64,000 nucleotides of DNA, taken from the NCBI RefSeq assembly GCF_018977255.1, contig NW_024704742.1:86368001-86432000 (forward strand), read 5' to 3'. This DNA comes from Callorhinchus milii. Its lineage: Eukaryota. Below, piece after piece: positions 39,177 to 54,011 of the stretch. The position numbers and the translations under genes were made by a program. Below the pieces are notes generated by a model that saw nothing but the letters and a program-made list of their open reading frames with translations, made no database searches and was not told the DNA's origin. Within the stretch, counting starts at the first letter, position 1. Every line of letters begins with the position of its first letter.

Positions 39177-40780
39177 ACAACAACAACAATAACAACAAGA
39201 TTCCATTTATAAAGCGCCTTTCACGTCAGGAGGACGTCCCAAGGCGCTGCACAGTTGGGTCATGACCCGAGCAGGGGGGAAATGGTCAGGGTGAGGGGAG
39301 GGAAGGGAGGGAGCGAGGAGGGGGGAAATGGTCAGGGTGAGGGGAGGGAAGGGAGGGAGCGAGGAGGGGGAAGAGAGTCGAGAGGGGAGCTGAAGGCTCG
39401 GTCAAAGAGAAAGGTTTTGAGACCGGCCTTGAAGGAGGAAAGGGAGGAAGCAAGGCGAAGGCACTGGGGGATAGAGTTCCAGAGCCTCGGGGCTGAGAGG
39501 CTGAAGGCCCGACCACCGATGGTAGGGCGATTGGGGCGGGGGACGTGGAGCAGACCGGAGCCGGAGAACGGAGGGTACGGGCAGGTAGGTAGGGGGATAG
39601 TAGGTTGGAGAGGTAGGAGGGAGCAAGGCCGTGAATGGCCTTGTAGGTGAGGATGAGGATCTTGAATTCGATCCTCTGGGGGATGGGGAGCCAGTGGAGG
39701 CGAGCGAGGGTGGGAGTGATGTGGTCCCGAAGCCTGGTGCGGGACAGTACACGAGCTGCAGAGTTCTGAATGACCTGCAGCTTGTGGAGGGAGGTGCCGG
39801 GAAGGCCGGCGAGGAGAGAGTTCCCATAGTCCAGCCTTGAGGTGACAAAGGCGTGGACCAGGGTTTCAGCAGCGTGAGGGGTGAGGTAGTGCCGTAGTCT
39901 GGCGATGTTCCGGAGGTGATGGAAGGCGGTGCCAGTTGTGGTGCGGATGTGAGGGAGAAAGGACAGCTCAGGGTCGAACAAAACGCCGAGGTTCCTGACT
40001 GGCTTTGAGAGGTGGAGAGTGCAGCCTTGGATGCTGATGGTGTCAGCGCCTGAGGTGCGGAGGCGCTGACGTGAGCCAATCAGGAGGGCCTCGGTTTTTC
40101 GCACGTTGAGCTGAAGAAAGTTGTCTCTCGTCCAGGACTCGATGTCGGACAGGCAGCTGTCAGGACATCGGTGGTCGTGGAGTTGAGAGTAGAGGAGGAA
40201 AGGTAGAGTTGGGTGTCATCCGCATACATGTGGAAGTTAACTCCATGTCTGCGGATGATGTCACCGAGGGGGAGCATATAGAGGGTGAAGAGGAGGGGAC
40301 CAAGGACAGAGCCCTGAGGGACACCACATGAGACAGTGCGGGGGGTGGAGGAGAAGCCATTTGTCGAGACAAAGTGAAGACGGTGAGAAAGGTACGACCT
40401 AAACCACTCAAGGACAGTGCCTTGAAGGTTGAGGTGGGAGGACAAGCGGTGGAGTAGGATAGCGTGGTCGACTGTATTGAATGCTGCCGATAGGTCGAGG
40501 AGGACGAGGAGGCAGAGGGAGCCCTGGTCACAGATGGTCAGGATATCATTGGTGACCTTGACCAGGGCAGTTTCTGTGCTATGGGCAGCACGGAAACCTG
40601 ACTGAAGGGGTTCGAAAAGTGAATGGGTGGAAAGGAAAGAGCGCAGTTGGGAGGCGACAACTCTTTCCAGGACCTTGGAGAGAAAGGGGAGGTTGGAGAT
40701 GGGCCAGTAGCTTGATAGCTGCGACGCATCAAGGGAGGGTTTTTTCAGGGTGGGCGTGATGGTGGCAGTTTTTAAGGGAA
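39177..40780 (-). mobile_element. 5'-truncated young L2 LINE
   Basis: RT ORFs 40080-40808 and 39286-40104 ([28 protein letters not shown]); (TTG)n tail. Confidence 0.93.
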
Positions 40781-40816
40781 AGAACACGACTATATGGGAT
40801 TTTAACACAAACTAAC

Positions 40817-41073
40817 CTGATGGTTCTTCTCACACTCATAGTCTACAAAGGCCTTCAGCCAAGATATACTCTGCTCGCCTTTTCGATTCCACATGAGAGT
40901 TTCTTGAGTCTTCTCCTTAATTAAATAAACATTTAGTGACCCAGTGCCCAAGCCATACATGTGGTAGAAGAATGTCAAGCACTGCCGGCCAGTGAACTCC
41001 CGTAGTTGCCATGTCAGCAAACGGGCGTTATACCCACGTCTCATATGAGAGGCTTCAATGTACATGTAATGCC
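40817..41073 (-). CDS. MAMDC2: MAMDC2 exon (GHYMYIEASH...CLTFFYHMYGLGTGSLNVY...CEKNHQ)
   Basis: Classic MAM GxYMYIEAS and CLxFFYHMYG..GxLxVY motifs; atag acceptor, gttagt donor; 257 nt. Confidence 0.94.
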
Positions 41074-41710
41074 CTATATCAAAGAATTAAAAAAGATTTA
41101 GTTGTGGAAACACTATTTCAAAACAAATTCCCATTAACGATTTAATAAGTGATCTGGGGTGAAAAATGTGCTGTGCTAATTGTCTTTTTGTGGCCATTGT
41201 GTGGTCAACACAGCCAATTCATAACTAAGAACATTTAATAAATAAAGACAGGCTTCAGGGCCAAATAATGTGATGGAGTTCGGGGGTGGGGGTGGGTATA
41301 TCTTTGGGTAGGCTTTAGTCATCGACTGTTTTCGTTGATATTTATAAATAATGTTTAAATTCACATCAAAGCTCAGTAATAGTTTGCTCCCAGCTGGTTA
41401 TGTATTTGAACCACAGTATTTGGAAACTGGATTAATTGCATTAATTGCAACTTCCAGCTTGCAATATCTTGCTTTTTACAAAAAAAAACTTTTCTGCATT
41501 TTGATATTTGCAATTTGCTGCCTCGCAATTCGATATTCGAAAACCCATAAGTGGCAATTAATGCAACAAATCTGATTTTCTTAATGCATCCAATTCTGGA
41601 AAACATAAATCTTAATTTTTTATCTTGCCAGCGTAACATTCCTTAGCAGGTCCATTACAGCCAAGACATGCATCTCACCACAGTTTCTGTCACATCATTC
41701 ATTTTATCTT

Positions 41711-42037
41711 TAATAATAATAATAATAATAATAATCCTTGCATTTGATATAGCGCTTTTCACGTCGGGAGGACGTCCCAAAGCGCTTCACAGAACACACT
41801 GTAAAGTGAATTGACTGTATATTTGTGGGCGAACGCGGCAGCCAATTGCACACAGAAATGTCCCACAAACAGTCGTAGATTGAAAATGACCAATTTATTA
41901 TTGTTTTTGGTTTTGGAGGGATTATTATTAGGTGTGTGGAGTAAGGAAACTTGCCCAAGGTTTCGCCCTGCCTGGAATTGAACTCAGGTCTCTCGCTTGC
42001 AAAGCGAGTGCTCTAACCACTGAGCTACAGGACTCCA
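41711..42037 (-). mobile_element. Full-length young SINE (same family)
   Basis: Box A/B head, shared body and long (TTA)n tail. Confidence 0.92.
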
Positions 42038-42989
42038 AGGACTCCAGAACTCTACAGGACTTTCACTTTAAACTGTGTGCACCCATTTATATATCGGCAT
42101 GACTGACATATTGACTTTAAAACTTTTCCATGTCAGAAGAACTGATCTGGTTTCTGGCCGTTTCAAAGTAGGCTTATATAGCCCCATCAGACCATGTCCT
42201 ACGGCTGGAAAACTATGATTGCAAATCGGCTAATGTTCATTCCAAGAACCTTTCCTTAAACATTTCCCAGTCATTAGATGAATTTGTCACCAATGTGTTC
42301 TAGAAAAAGGATGCTATTGTAATGTTGCTAGAAAATTGTTCAGATTGCCTTTCTTCAATTAATTGCCAGAGTCCTGCATTTTCTTTGACGTATAGAGTTG
42401 TCAATGTTAAATACAGACAGTACTTGACACAAAATGTACAGTGATGCACCCCCACAGCTCAGTTTCAAAAAAAGGCTTGTACCCTGCCAAATCCTCAGGA
42501 GTTAATTTCAAGAACAGCTGGTAAATCTCAACCAGCTGGAATCAAACTGTTACTGAACATCGGGAGGGAATGCGAGCAAAATGCAGAGCACCAAATTCAG
42601 ACATAACTATGGACACTATCTCCCAGATGGAATTTCCCAATGTAAATTAAACAGACAATGAAACTAATGCTGCGGGGTGGGGAATGCATTGTCTATATTT
42701 CTCAATTATACGAGGAAAGAATATTTCGAGTCTCTGATCTCTCTCCAAAGATCACTTCTGAAAAGTACATCAGTGTGGATATGTTCGGGGTATGATGCTC
42801 TCAGCAAATGAATAGGCTGCCATCACTCACTGTGCAAGACTCATACATGCAGAATGGTCATTTGAACAAAGTATTTCTGTACCTGTGAAACCGATCCCCA
42901 CCAGCAATCCCAACGTCAGGTTCGGGAGGGGCGGAAAGACAATTAGATTGACTGAGGAAGAAAAAAGCCAGCCATAAAGTGCAACTCAC

Positions 42990-43142
42990 CTACCCCTGTT
43001 GTGTGATCTCCTTTGGGACCTGTGAAGGAGGTTGGTGTCATACCACTTCTCCTGTGCCAATTGCTTTTGTCCTTGTTGTCCTGAATGAACCCACAACTGC
43101 CTACATCAAAACTGCACTCTCCGGGATGAGCTGGCCAGGAGC
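42990..43142 (-). CDS. MAMDC2: MAMDC2 exon, start of MAM domain 4 (SWPAHPGECSFDVGSCGFIQD...TPTSFTGPKGDHTTGV)
   Basis: Found by hand; TPTSxTGPKGDHTTG MAM motif; cacag acceptor, gtgagt donor; 153 nt. Confidence 0.94.
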
Positions 43143-43497
43143 CTGTGAAGATCCCCCAAATTATTTATTTATTGTTGATATTTTTTGAACATTAATTTTT
43201 TCATTGTCACTCAAAGCAAACTTGGTAAAATTATTAGCTAGTAACATCTACTCTCATTTGCTTCAAAAAGCTAAGATGAATCTTTATGCAAACATTTGAA
43301 TTTATCCCTAATGTTTTATTGCTAGATTTTGATTTTAAGACCATTACAACTTCTCCCTCAGTGCTTCGGTGGAAAAAGACACTGCAATGCTGCTATAGGG
43401 ATTGCAATAGCTATTTATCTGCCACTTTCTCTGTCACGACTTGCAGAATGAATGATTTACTAATGACAGTGATTAACAGGTGGGATGCACTCTGTAC

Positions 43498-43594
43498 CTC
43501 CAGGGCTCTGACAGTCTCCTTGGCTCACTGTAACATCATCCAGTGCAACCTGTCCACAGTTCCAGAAATTCTGACAGATGCTGACGAACGCTAT
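43498..43594 (-). CDS. MAMDC2: MAMDC2 exon (IAFVSICQNFWNCGQVALDDVTVSQGDCQSPG)
   Basis: Found by hand; FWxCGxVALDD motif; tttcag acceptor, gtacag donor; 97 nt. Confidence 0.92.
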
Positions 43595-45794
43595 CTGAAA
43601 AATACACATATGCATCCATCACTTATGAATTCATAAAATTCTCAGTGCATTCTGTCACCACGGTGATCAGCTGTCTGTGAGTATTTAAGTCCATTATTAA
43701 TCCGTGCTGGATTCCCAACATTTTGTCACCATCGGTCTACAGGCTGTTACAAATCGGGAGTCCTCCAGACAGAAAGGCACTATATAAACATTAACCTGTA
43801 TTGTATTGAGTTTGAAACTCATTTGAAATGAGAACAAAGTGTAAATGTAGCCTAGGGCAGGGCTGTCTTACTCCTTTGTGGGCAATTTTGCGGAATTTCT
43901 TAATAAAGAAATCCAGGCGTTTGTGACGCTGACTCTCAGGAACTTTGTCCTACCTTAAACTATTTTCAGAGCAGGGTCCACTCCTTCACTCCGCACTATG
44001 TATTTCCAGTTACCAGAAGACCCCTCCGCTGTTCCCGCAAGTTTGTGGCGTCTATGTGGTTCAAACTAAAGGAGCCTATTCTGCGAGGCGTTTTATTACA
44101 ACTGCACGGGATACAGGCGAGAGAGTCTTAACCGCTGAATCCTACTCTACGGCGAATTCAGCAGTGATTCACTCAGCGGGCATGCCCGGTTGGAAAAAAA
44201 TGTGGTCGTCCACATGGTGAAAAACTTTGTGTTAGAAGTTGATTTATAACAGCATGTGGTGTGTTGAGGGACAAGGGAATACAGGGTACTAAGGAGCGGA
44301 TGGGGAATGTGTAAACACCGGCATGGACTGGTTGGGCTGAATTACCCATTTCCCTGAAGTATAATCTATGTAAATCTATGCTCACCGCAGATACTCACAG
44401 TGCAAAACAGGTGGCCGATTCTGAATAAAACACACTGCCCACCTGCCACTCACTCTTTCTGACTTTTGGCACAATTAAATGATTTTAATTTTCTGCTGAC
44501 CCAGGGCTCAACAGCTGTGATCAGATCCAATAGTTTGAAGATCACAAAGGGACATTTGCACTAAGGTCACTTATTTTCTCTATTTTCCCCCCAAAATTAA
44601 ATGTGCTTCACTGTGCTTTACAAAGAGAAACAAAACATTTATTAAAAACCTAATCGCTTCAGGAAAAAAATGGTTTTCTCTTGCCAATTACCTCTCCTCC
44701 TAAAGGCCCCCACTCTTGCTAGATACAATTCTACAGGAACCTGATGTTTGCTGCACGTTTCACCCTTCTTTATTTGTGAATGTCGGGGTGTGGGGTGGGG
44801 GTGGGGTGGCGGGGTCTGAAATTTCCAACTCGCTCCAGCCTTACCTGATATTCTTAGCATCTGAGAGTAATCCAGAATTTATCAAATTTTTTCTTGTAAA
44901 TTTTAACTGAGACTGAATTCAACAATCAATTTACCAAATTCTGGATGACCTAAGATGATACATAAATGGGAGTAAATCTGGAGCCAGGTGGAATTTCTCC
45001 CCATGTTGGCAAGTATTCAACAGTAAATCCCGATAAGAAAAGCCTCATGAGTTACAAAGTGAACTTGCTCAATGGGCAAGTAGTTTTCCAGGTTCCAGAG
45101 GCAAAAGTTACAGGAGGCTTATGATATTGGGATTTAACTTAATAATAATACTTGAATTTGATATAGCAGCTACAGCCTCAAAACTCTTCAAAATGCTTAA
45201 GAATTTTTCTATAAAGTGTGGTGACTCTGTATTTGTTCCCAAACATAGCAGCCAATATGAGAAACTCCCTTTTCTTCCATGGGATCTTTAACCTCCAGCT
45301 GATCAAGCAGACAGAAGCTCGGTTTAACATCTCATCTGAACTTACACTGATCACTGTAGAGACATAGAGAAAAGTGCTATCATTAGACATCTGTGTATAT
45401 CAGACCCTATTGTCTGCCAGGGTTGTCAAGCATGTAATAACACTGCAAGGACTGTGTTGGAAAATCAACACTAACCACAGCCTCCATCACCCTATTTAAA
45501 TGCTAACAATAATGTGGCTATGTTGACAAGCTGGATTCTGATTTACAAAATAGGCTGAATTCTGGCTGATGTTTGCAGCTGATGTTTTGCTGAGAAATCT
45601 AGAAATAATCCTTGATGGAAAGTTAAAGGCTGTGGTGTAGACATGAAGTAATAAAATAATGACTAACACCACCACAAACAGAATTGAATAATAAGCTTAG
45701 GGTTTGGTTTCCATTATGTGTCAGCATCACATAATGGCAACCCTGCTACTGATAAGCCTCATGCTGACGTTCTCCAAAAGTTTCCAGAAACTAT

Positions 45795-45995
45795 AATAAT
45801 AATAATAATAATGATCCTTGCATTTGATATAGCGCTTTTCATGTATTCTCGACATCTCAAAGCGCTTCACAGAATAGACTGTAAAGTGAATTGACTGTAT
45901 ATTTGTGGGCGAAACGCAGCAGCCAATTGCATGCAGCAGTGGATTCAAAATGACCAATTTATTAATGTTTTTTGTCTTGGAGGGATTGGAGTAAG
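45795..45995 (-). mobile_element. Headless SINE 3' portion fused to the WEE2 retrocopy
   Basis: Begins at cttactcca, includes the body and (TTA)n tail; same strand as the retrocopy. Confidence 0.9.
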
Positions 45996-47079
<1,084 letters not shown>

Positions 47080-48039
47080 ATTAAGAAATTTCACAATCTT
47101 GAGGATCAAATAACAAAGATGGCTTTTTGCTGCAATAACCCAGTAACTAATTCTTGAAAATATCAAGACAAGTTGACAAGCAGATTTGTTGCCACACAAA
47201 TACTTTCTAAACAGCATCAGGGCTTCTCGGTTACTTAGAGTGAAAGACTGGTTGGAACTCGTCAACTCTCATTTTGATAGCTCCTGTGAAGCTTGCAAAA
47301 CACTTCAGCAATCCCCATTACAGCATTTGCAATGGAAATTCACAGTCAGTTTGGAGCACTTTGAATGAATAAAATTTGCAGATCCAGGTCTCAAATAGGA
47401 TTTGAATGCAGACAATTGATCCCTTCCCTAATACATCAGACCTCAGCACTGTTAGATCCAGAATACTGAAAGTAATACTTCATTTTGACTCCCAGTTCTA
47501 AAAATCAGGTCACAATTGTGGGTGGGAGAGTCAAAGTAGGCAAAAACTTCAGCAGCAATATTCTAGGTGTTTTCACAATGCTTAGGACAGATGCAACATT
47601 TATGACAACCTTTGTACTTACAGTATTGACATGATGCCCAAAATGTTTCATTGAATCCTGTTGGCTAAAATATGCCTTGTTACTAACACTTGTAACCTGT
47701 TCTGCAACTATAATAAGCAACCCCATTGTAATAAGGTAAACCTCACACAAGTCATATCAGTTGGGACCATACATTCAATATTACTTATGCAAAGTATAAG
47801 TTACTTCAAACTTAGGTAAATATATTATTTATACAGATCAGACTTATGTGAGTTTTATTGTACAGATGAAAAGTTCATTAATGTCAGTGACCAATGCCTG
47901 TGGGATCTCTCCGCAGTGTACAATTGAAACAGGTGATGTAGTGAGATGAAATGTTGATTCTGTAGAATGTAAATTTGACCGTAGATAAAATTTTAACACA
48001 CTAAGCTTCAGGATAATCTGCAGGACAATAAAATATTAC

Positions 48040-48305
48040 CTTACTGGGCTCTTGTCTGTGGTAGTTGATTTCAGCCTGAATCCACACTCTGGTTTGAGAT
48101 TTGGGGATTGACCAGATTTTCTCTAGAACTTTGTCTTGATCATCATAGATATACACTGCGAGTGCATCCTCTGTTATACCGAAATGGCTTAAGGCATAAA
48201 AAAAGCGGACACAGTACTGTAGGTTCGCTGGCAGGATTGGACCACTAAGATATCCCATATAGTCTTGCCAAGCTCCGTATCTTGCATTGGAAATCAAAAA
48301 GCCAC
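48040..48305 (-). CDS. MAMDC2: MAMDC2 exon (GFLISNARYG...QYCVRFFYAL...WIQAEINYHRQEPSK)
   Basis: MAM CxRFxY motif; caaag acceptor, gtaata donor; 266 nt, in frame. Confidence 0.92.
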
Positions 48306-49367
48306 CTTTGAAATAATTAGAGAGAGCACGTCACTCAAAAAAAGCAATGTAAAGCAAGTGAAAGTAATTATAGCCTTTGGAGGTAGTCCACAGAATTCAC
48401 ATTCTAGTTCTGAAATTTGCCAAAAGCATTAGTGGTTATTGTGACCAGGGCCAGAGTATTTTAATTTGATTTCAAAAGTAATCATTTCTCAAGTCCACGA
48501 GACAGAGAAGATGTTAGGAACAGGAAACGGCTATTTCATCCAACACACCCACAACATTTTTAGTTGATCTTAAGACCCAATTTTCCATTTTCTCATTAAA
48601 TCCACGCTGTTTCTTTAGAAACAGTCTTACTTGCCTTTTGAACCTATTTATACTATTTATACTATTTCGTTTGTTGACTTTCCCTAGTAAAATATTCTAG
48701 ATGTCACTTTTTTTTGTAAAACTGTGTGACTATCTTTTGGATATTGACTTAACTCAACCCCAAAAAAATCAAACTTTAAACTCCTATGGTGGCTTCCAGC
48801 CCAACTATTGTGGGAAATTGAGGGTAGGGGGAAGATTCACACAGTCAAAGTAACCTCAACTGCAATATCAACAATATGGACTGGTATCAAAAACATGATG
48901 ATTATCACCAGTGATGAATTGAAAACAACAGAGTCATGGCTTCAAAATAAGGAAAGGAAAAGCAAATAGGAAGTCTAGCAAGTCTAGAATTAGTGTTTAG
49001 GAAAAGTGTGCTAGGAATGGGGAACAAATTACTAACACAAGTGGTGGAACAAGGAACTATAAAAGGTTTCAGAAAGAAACCCAGATGGGGCAGCCCTGAT
49101 AATGCAATGGACAGAGGTCGCTGATTCAAATCTCAGTACATTCTTAATTGGCTGACCTTACTGGTGCTAAATTGGCCCTGGCCTTCCCAGGGTTGGGGGT
49201 TGGCAACCAGACAAAGTTCCTGTTCCTAATCTCTCCAAACTACCCTCTGCTGGTTGTGTGTCTGTGTGTCTGTAGCAGTCGGGTGAGAGGACGTCAGCCT
49301 TGCCTGCGAATCCCGCAAAAGAATAAGCTGCAGAAGAATTTCAGTATAACTAAAATATGATGGAAAA

Positions 49368-50430
49368 ATAACAACAACTTGCATTTATATAGCACCCCCC
49401 CACCCCACCCCATGCAGGGTAGTGTCCCAGAGCATTTGACAGTGGCGGAGCATGATGCTGAACTGGGGGGAAGTGACCATAGGCACAGTTGAATAGGAAG
49501 GTCTTCAGGTGTGATCTGAAAATGGGGAAGGAAGGGGCAAGGCGGAGGGATAGAGGAAGAGTGTTCCAGAGTTTTGGGGTGTAGTGACTAAAAGTGTGGC
49601 CACCAATGGTGGAACAGAAGACATGTGGGACATGCAGGCGGCCGGAGCCAGTTGATTGGAGGCAGCAGGTTGTGGGTTGTGGGGTAAGCAGATCGGAGAG
49701 GTAGGGAGGTGCCAGGGCATGAAGGGATTTGAAAACGAATGTGAGGATCTTGAAATCGATCCGTTCAGCGATAGGAAACCAGTGGAGCCTGGCTAGAACT
49801 GGTGTGATGGGGGTACGGAGTTTAATGTGGGTGAGTATGCGGGTAGCGGAGTTTTGGATCAGCTGTATCCTATGCATGGTGGAGTTGGGGAGACTGGTGA
49901 AGAGGTCACTTGAAAAGTCAAGTCTGGAGGTGACGAACGCATTTCGTCTGCATCTGAGGTAACGTACAGTCGGAGGCGGGCAATGTGGCGAAGGTCGAGG
50001 AAGGTGGTTCTGGTCAGGGAACAAATGTGGGGAAGGAAGGACAGCTGTGTGTCGAACCTGGCGTCTAGGTTGAGCACCGGTTCGGTGAGTCTGAGAGATA
50101 GGCCGGGGAGGCTGAGAAGGTCAGAGCTGCAGGATGGAAGATATTGACAGGAGCCAATGAGTATGTCTACCGTCTTGTTAACATTGAGTTGTAAGACGTT
50201 TGCGTTCATCCAGACCCGGATGTCTGCCAGACAAGCAGAGACAACGTCGGTGGACCTGGAGTCAAAGCTGGAGGAGGAGAAGTAGATTTATGTTTCATCT
50301 GCATACATGTGGACGTTTATCCCGTGTCTGTGGAAGAGGTCCAGCAGAGGCAGAGGGAGCCCTGGTCATAGAGAGAGAGGATGTTGTTTGTGACCTTGAC
50401 AAGCGCCGTATCTGTGCTATGGGCAGAGCA
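49368..50430 (-). mobile_element. Old L2 LINE fragment
   Basis: AFVTSRLDFS, IQNSATRIL and LARLHWFPI motifs plus tail. Confidence 0.85.
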
Positions 50431-52734
50431 ATGATAAACCAATGATTTATGAAATACAAGCTGTGTGTATTTGCAGTATTGATGTGGTAGGTATCCTGAC
50501 ATTGCTTGACCTATTGTCATGAATCGGTGATCCCTAGCCTGTGTCCACTGTAGAATCCAGGTTGCTATCTTAAACCCAAGGCTAAACCATTTCAAAGTAA
50601 AATAAGAAAACATTTTTGCACGTAGCAGGTGATGGGAGTATGGAATTTACTCCCCTAGAGGGCAGAGTCAACACAAGAACTTAAAAAGCAGATAGATAAG
50701 TTCTTGATAGACAGGAGCTATCAATAGCAAGGGATGTCAATAAGAGATATAAGGTATTCGAAGGAGAGCTGGCAGAGAGGTGGAATTGAGTTACGGACAG
50801 GACACAAAGTGGTAGGACAGCTCGATGGGCCAAATAGCCTACTTCTGTAATTAAAATGACAATCAGTATTCTGAAATCCTCTGGGATCTCGGCTGTCTCA
50901 AGAGATATCAGTCGCAAAACCTGGGCCCGGTCTTGTGTAGTTTCACGGTTTGAAGGAGATGTGCCATTTTGAATATGGGTTTTATATCCGAACATCCCAC
51001 ATTCAACAACAGTCAAATGTAACCAACCGAAATTCAAATCACACTTATGCAACTGTGTGCACTTTCCCCACTTAGCATAACGGAAAAGGTCATCAAACCC
51101 TGGTATCACACCAAAAATAGCAAAGTCTCTGTCCAAAGACATCTTACACTTTTTTTAAAATTTGTTTGCTCAGGAAATGAGAATTTTTCCCATCTTCAAA
51201 TTTTTTTAAAAAATTTTAATTCTCCAAAGAGGAGGCCTGTCTGACTATCTGACCCCAAATCCCCGTCACTTGAGCCACAAGACAATACGCCTAAGGGCAT
51301 GGCCAAGGTTGGAAATTTATTCTGCAGTGGAAGAGCTCTGGGCATTCCATGGTGCAGGAGTCCAAGATGCTTCCCATGTGAAAGGTTCTATATAAATGCA
51401 AGTTGTAGTTGTTGAGTACAACAACCCTGTATCCTGTGGCACATTCTGTTGAATTGTCAACGCACCTCCTTCTAATGTACACACGCAGAATATTCACATA
51501 TTTTAACATTATGGTTAAAAAAAAGTAATAACAGTATATGCTACTTGTATAGATGCCGTAACTACCTGCTGTTCACCATCCAAAGAAAATATCCTCCACC
51601 TCCGCTCAGTAGAGATTACAATATTAAACACATCACAATGGAAACATTCTGTGCCTTGGTTGGTGCTAAATTTTCTCCTGTGCTGTGACAAAATCCTATC
51701 TCAAACTTAAGCAGATTCCTTTCTATAAGATGTTATAAACCAAACGGGCTTTTATGTTTTTAGCAACCACACAAAATTTTATATGACTGTTTCACTCCTC
51801 TCCTCTCCTCCCCCAAATTGTATCTCATTTGACCTCCTGAATGCAATGACTTATTCTGAGTTTGTTCCATGGGCGTTACAGCCATTTCCTTAAACACTGC
51901 ATGTTAACATGCTAATCGACTAAAAGGTCATCATTGACACAATCCTGTCTTCATTTTATCTATGCTGCCACATCTTTCACCCAGCATAGGTCAACTGATA
52001 TGGATCAGTAGTGGGAACACTGTCTGATTTTCCAGTTCCTCCAGTTCCTAGTCTGAGGTTGGTGCTGAGACCACATGTTTCTGTGGAGCCAATTGTTAAA
52101 TCCCTTGGGCATGTGAAAAGATGTAACAAGACAGTCCTAGTCACAGGGGAAACATATTCCACCTTCAGGAACAGATTTGGGTCCTTTAAAAGAGGTGTCG
52201 ATGCTGGAGATGGTAACAAATTCTTTAAAATAAAAACATGATTTGATAGGGATGTGGAGAAAAACAGATTTAAGCTGTTATGGGGGATATGGAACAAAGG
52301 GTAATTGAAGTTGAGTTACAGATCAGCCATGATCTAATAGAATGAGGTAACAGGCTCAAGGGGCTGAATGGCCTACTCCTGTTCCTATGTTCCTATAACA
52401 GAAGTGTTCGGACAATCTTTATTCTTCCCCTAAGGATGGAGAAAGAGATGGGTCATTACCTTCAAATGATGCACAAATAAGGTTCATATGGATTTCGACA
52501 GCACTTGTGACAATGTACCAGGCATTCACCCACAAATGAATGAGGTCAGACAAATCTCTTTTCATTAAGGATGCTGGTCTTTTGAAGATTACTTAAAAGA
52601 ATGTTCTGATAGCTGACCACATTGAGTATCGCAGTAGATTGATCATAACATTTGCATCCACTTTCTTTGCTCTGAGTGTGGATAATTTGGTGCCCGTAAC
52701 AGAACTCACAATACACATGCAACAGCTGTCTTAC

Positions 52735-52881
52735 CCATTCCACTGCTGTGGTCTCCGAATCGGAAAGGATTTGGTTTCCTGACCAGTCTAGTCCATTTTG
52801 TGTTATCCTCATGGTTTTGGGAATAATTGCAAAGCCCATCATCAAAGTCACAATTTGCCATAGATGGGTCAAGGAGCAGTG
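52735..52881 (-). CDS. MAMDC2: MAMDC2 exon, start of MAM domain 3 (ALLLDPSMANCDFDDGLCNYSQ...GDHSSGMG)
   Basis: CDF..LC..W..DH motifs; aaag acceptor, gtaaga donor; 147 nt. Confidence 0.9.
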
Positions 52882-53199
52882 CTTTATTGAACAAAAACAG
52901 AAAACACTGTAAGTATATAACAAACTCTTTGCAGTGCAATAGACTGTCTAGTTGCACAATCACTTGTCTATAATATGTAGAGCTGCAACTATTTACTGAA
53001 CTACAATTAATGCTATCAATGGAATCAACACATGTTTAACACAGAAGAGCAGTCCTAGCTAGAAACAGCCATGACTTTATCTGAGCACATCCGAATTTAC
53101 ATAGAATTACATAGAACGTTACAGCACAGAAATGCCGTCCAATTATACGTGCTGGTGTTTATACTCCACATGAGCTCATACCTCTCTAATCTCTTCTCG

Positions 53200-53700
53200 C
53201 TTCATGCAGAATAGCATCTCAGAGCACTGCATAGTGGCAGGGCTAGACATCGAGCAGGGGAGAAGTGGGAGGTGATGGTCAAAGAGGCAGGTCTTAAGAC
53301 AGGATTTAAAGACAGATAAAGAGGAGGCGAGACAGAGGGTTTGAGGGAGGATATTCCAGACATTAGGCTAAAGGCTAGGCTACCAACAATGGCATGTGGG
53401 AGTTGGGGGGATACACGCATGCCTGTGCCAGCTGAACAAAGCGGGCAGGCAGAGTAGGTTATGTGTAAGGTGAGAGAGGTAGGGAGGTGCTAGGGCAGGA
53501 AGGAATTTGTAGGTGAGGATCTTGAAATCAATCCTTTTGGAGACAGGGAACCAATAGAGGCTGGTGAGCATTGGGGTGATGGGTGTGCAGGGTTTTGTGT
53601 AGTTGAGATTGTGGGTGGTAGCGATTTGAATGAGATGAACATTAAGGATGGTGGAACTCGGGAGATCAGCGAGGAGTGCATTTGAGAAGATAAAGTCTGT
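53200..53700 (-). mobile_element. Old L2 3' fragment
   Basis: TPITPMLTSLYWFPVSKRIDFKIL motif. Confidence 0.75.
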
Positions 53701-53917
53701 CCCTGCATATGAACTCTGTGTAATTTGTAGTGCTGCACTGTCTCTATACATGAGTGCAGTGCATGAGCACTGAACTTTTGGTGGAGATATGCCAAACTCA
53801 CACATAAACTGTTTTAACATTCTTTGAAATGTACCAAACCATTCAAATTCAGATCAGTGCAATACCATCTTTGTCCTTCAGTCACTCAACAAAAGAGGAA
53901 GTTAAAAGATGACAAAC

Positions 53918-54011
53918 CTGTTTTATTACTGCAGAAATGTGAAGAGAAAAAAATATCATCCAAAGCTACATGACCTCCATCAATACTGCTGAAAGTGACT
54001 TCAAACACAAT
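53918..54011 (-). CDS. MAMDC2: MAMDC2 exon (IVFEVTFSSIDGGHVALDDIFFSSHFCSNKT)
   Basis: Found by hand; MAM C-terminal VFE...ALDDI...C motif; ttttcag acceptor, gtttgt donor; 94 nt. Confidence 0.92.

Noticed and set aside
41425..41600. Short inverted segments (also about 55130-55255 and 60175-60210)
   Set aside because: Stems are short, AT-rich and degenerate; element boundaries cannot be defined by eye.
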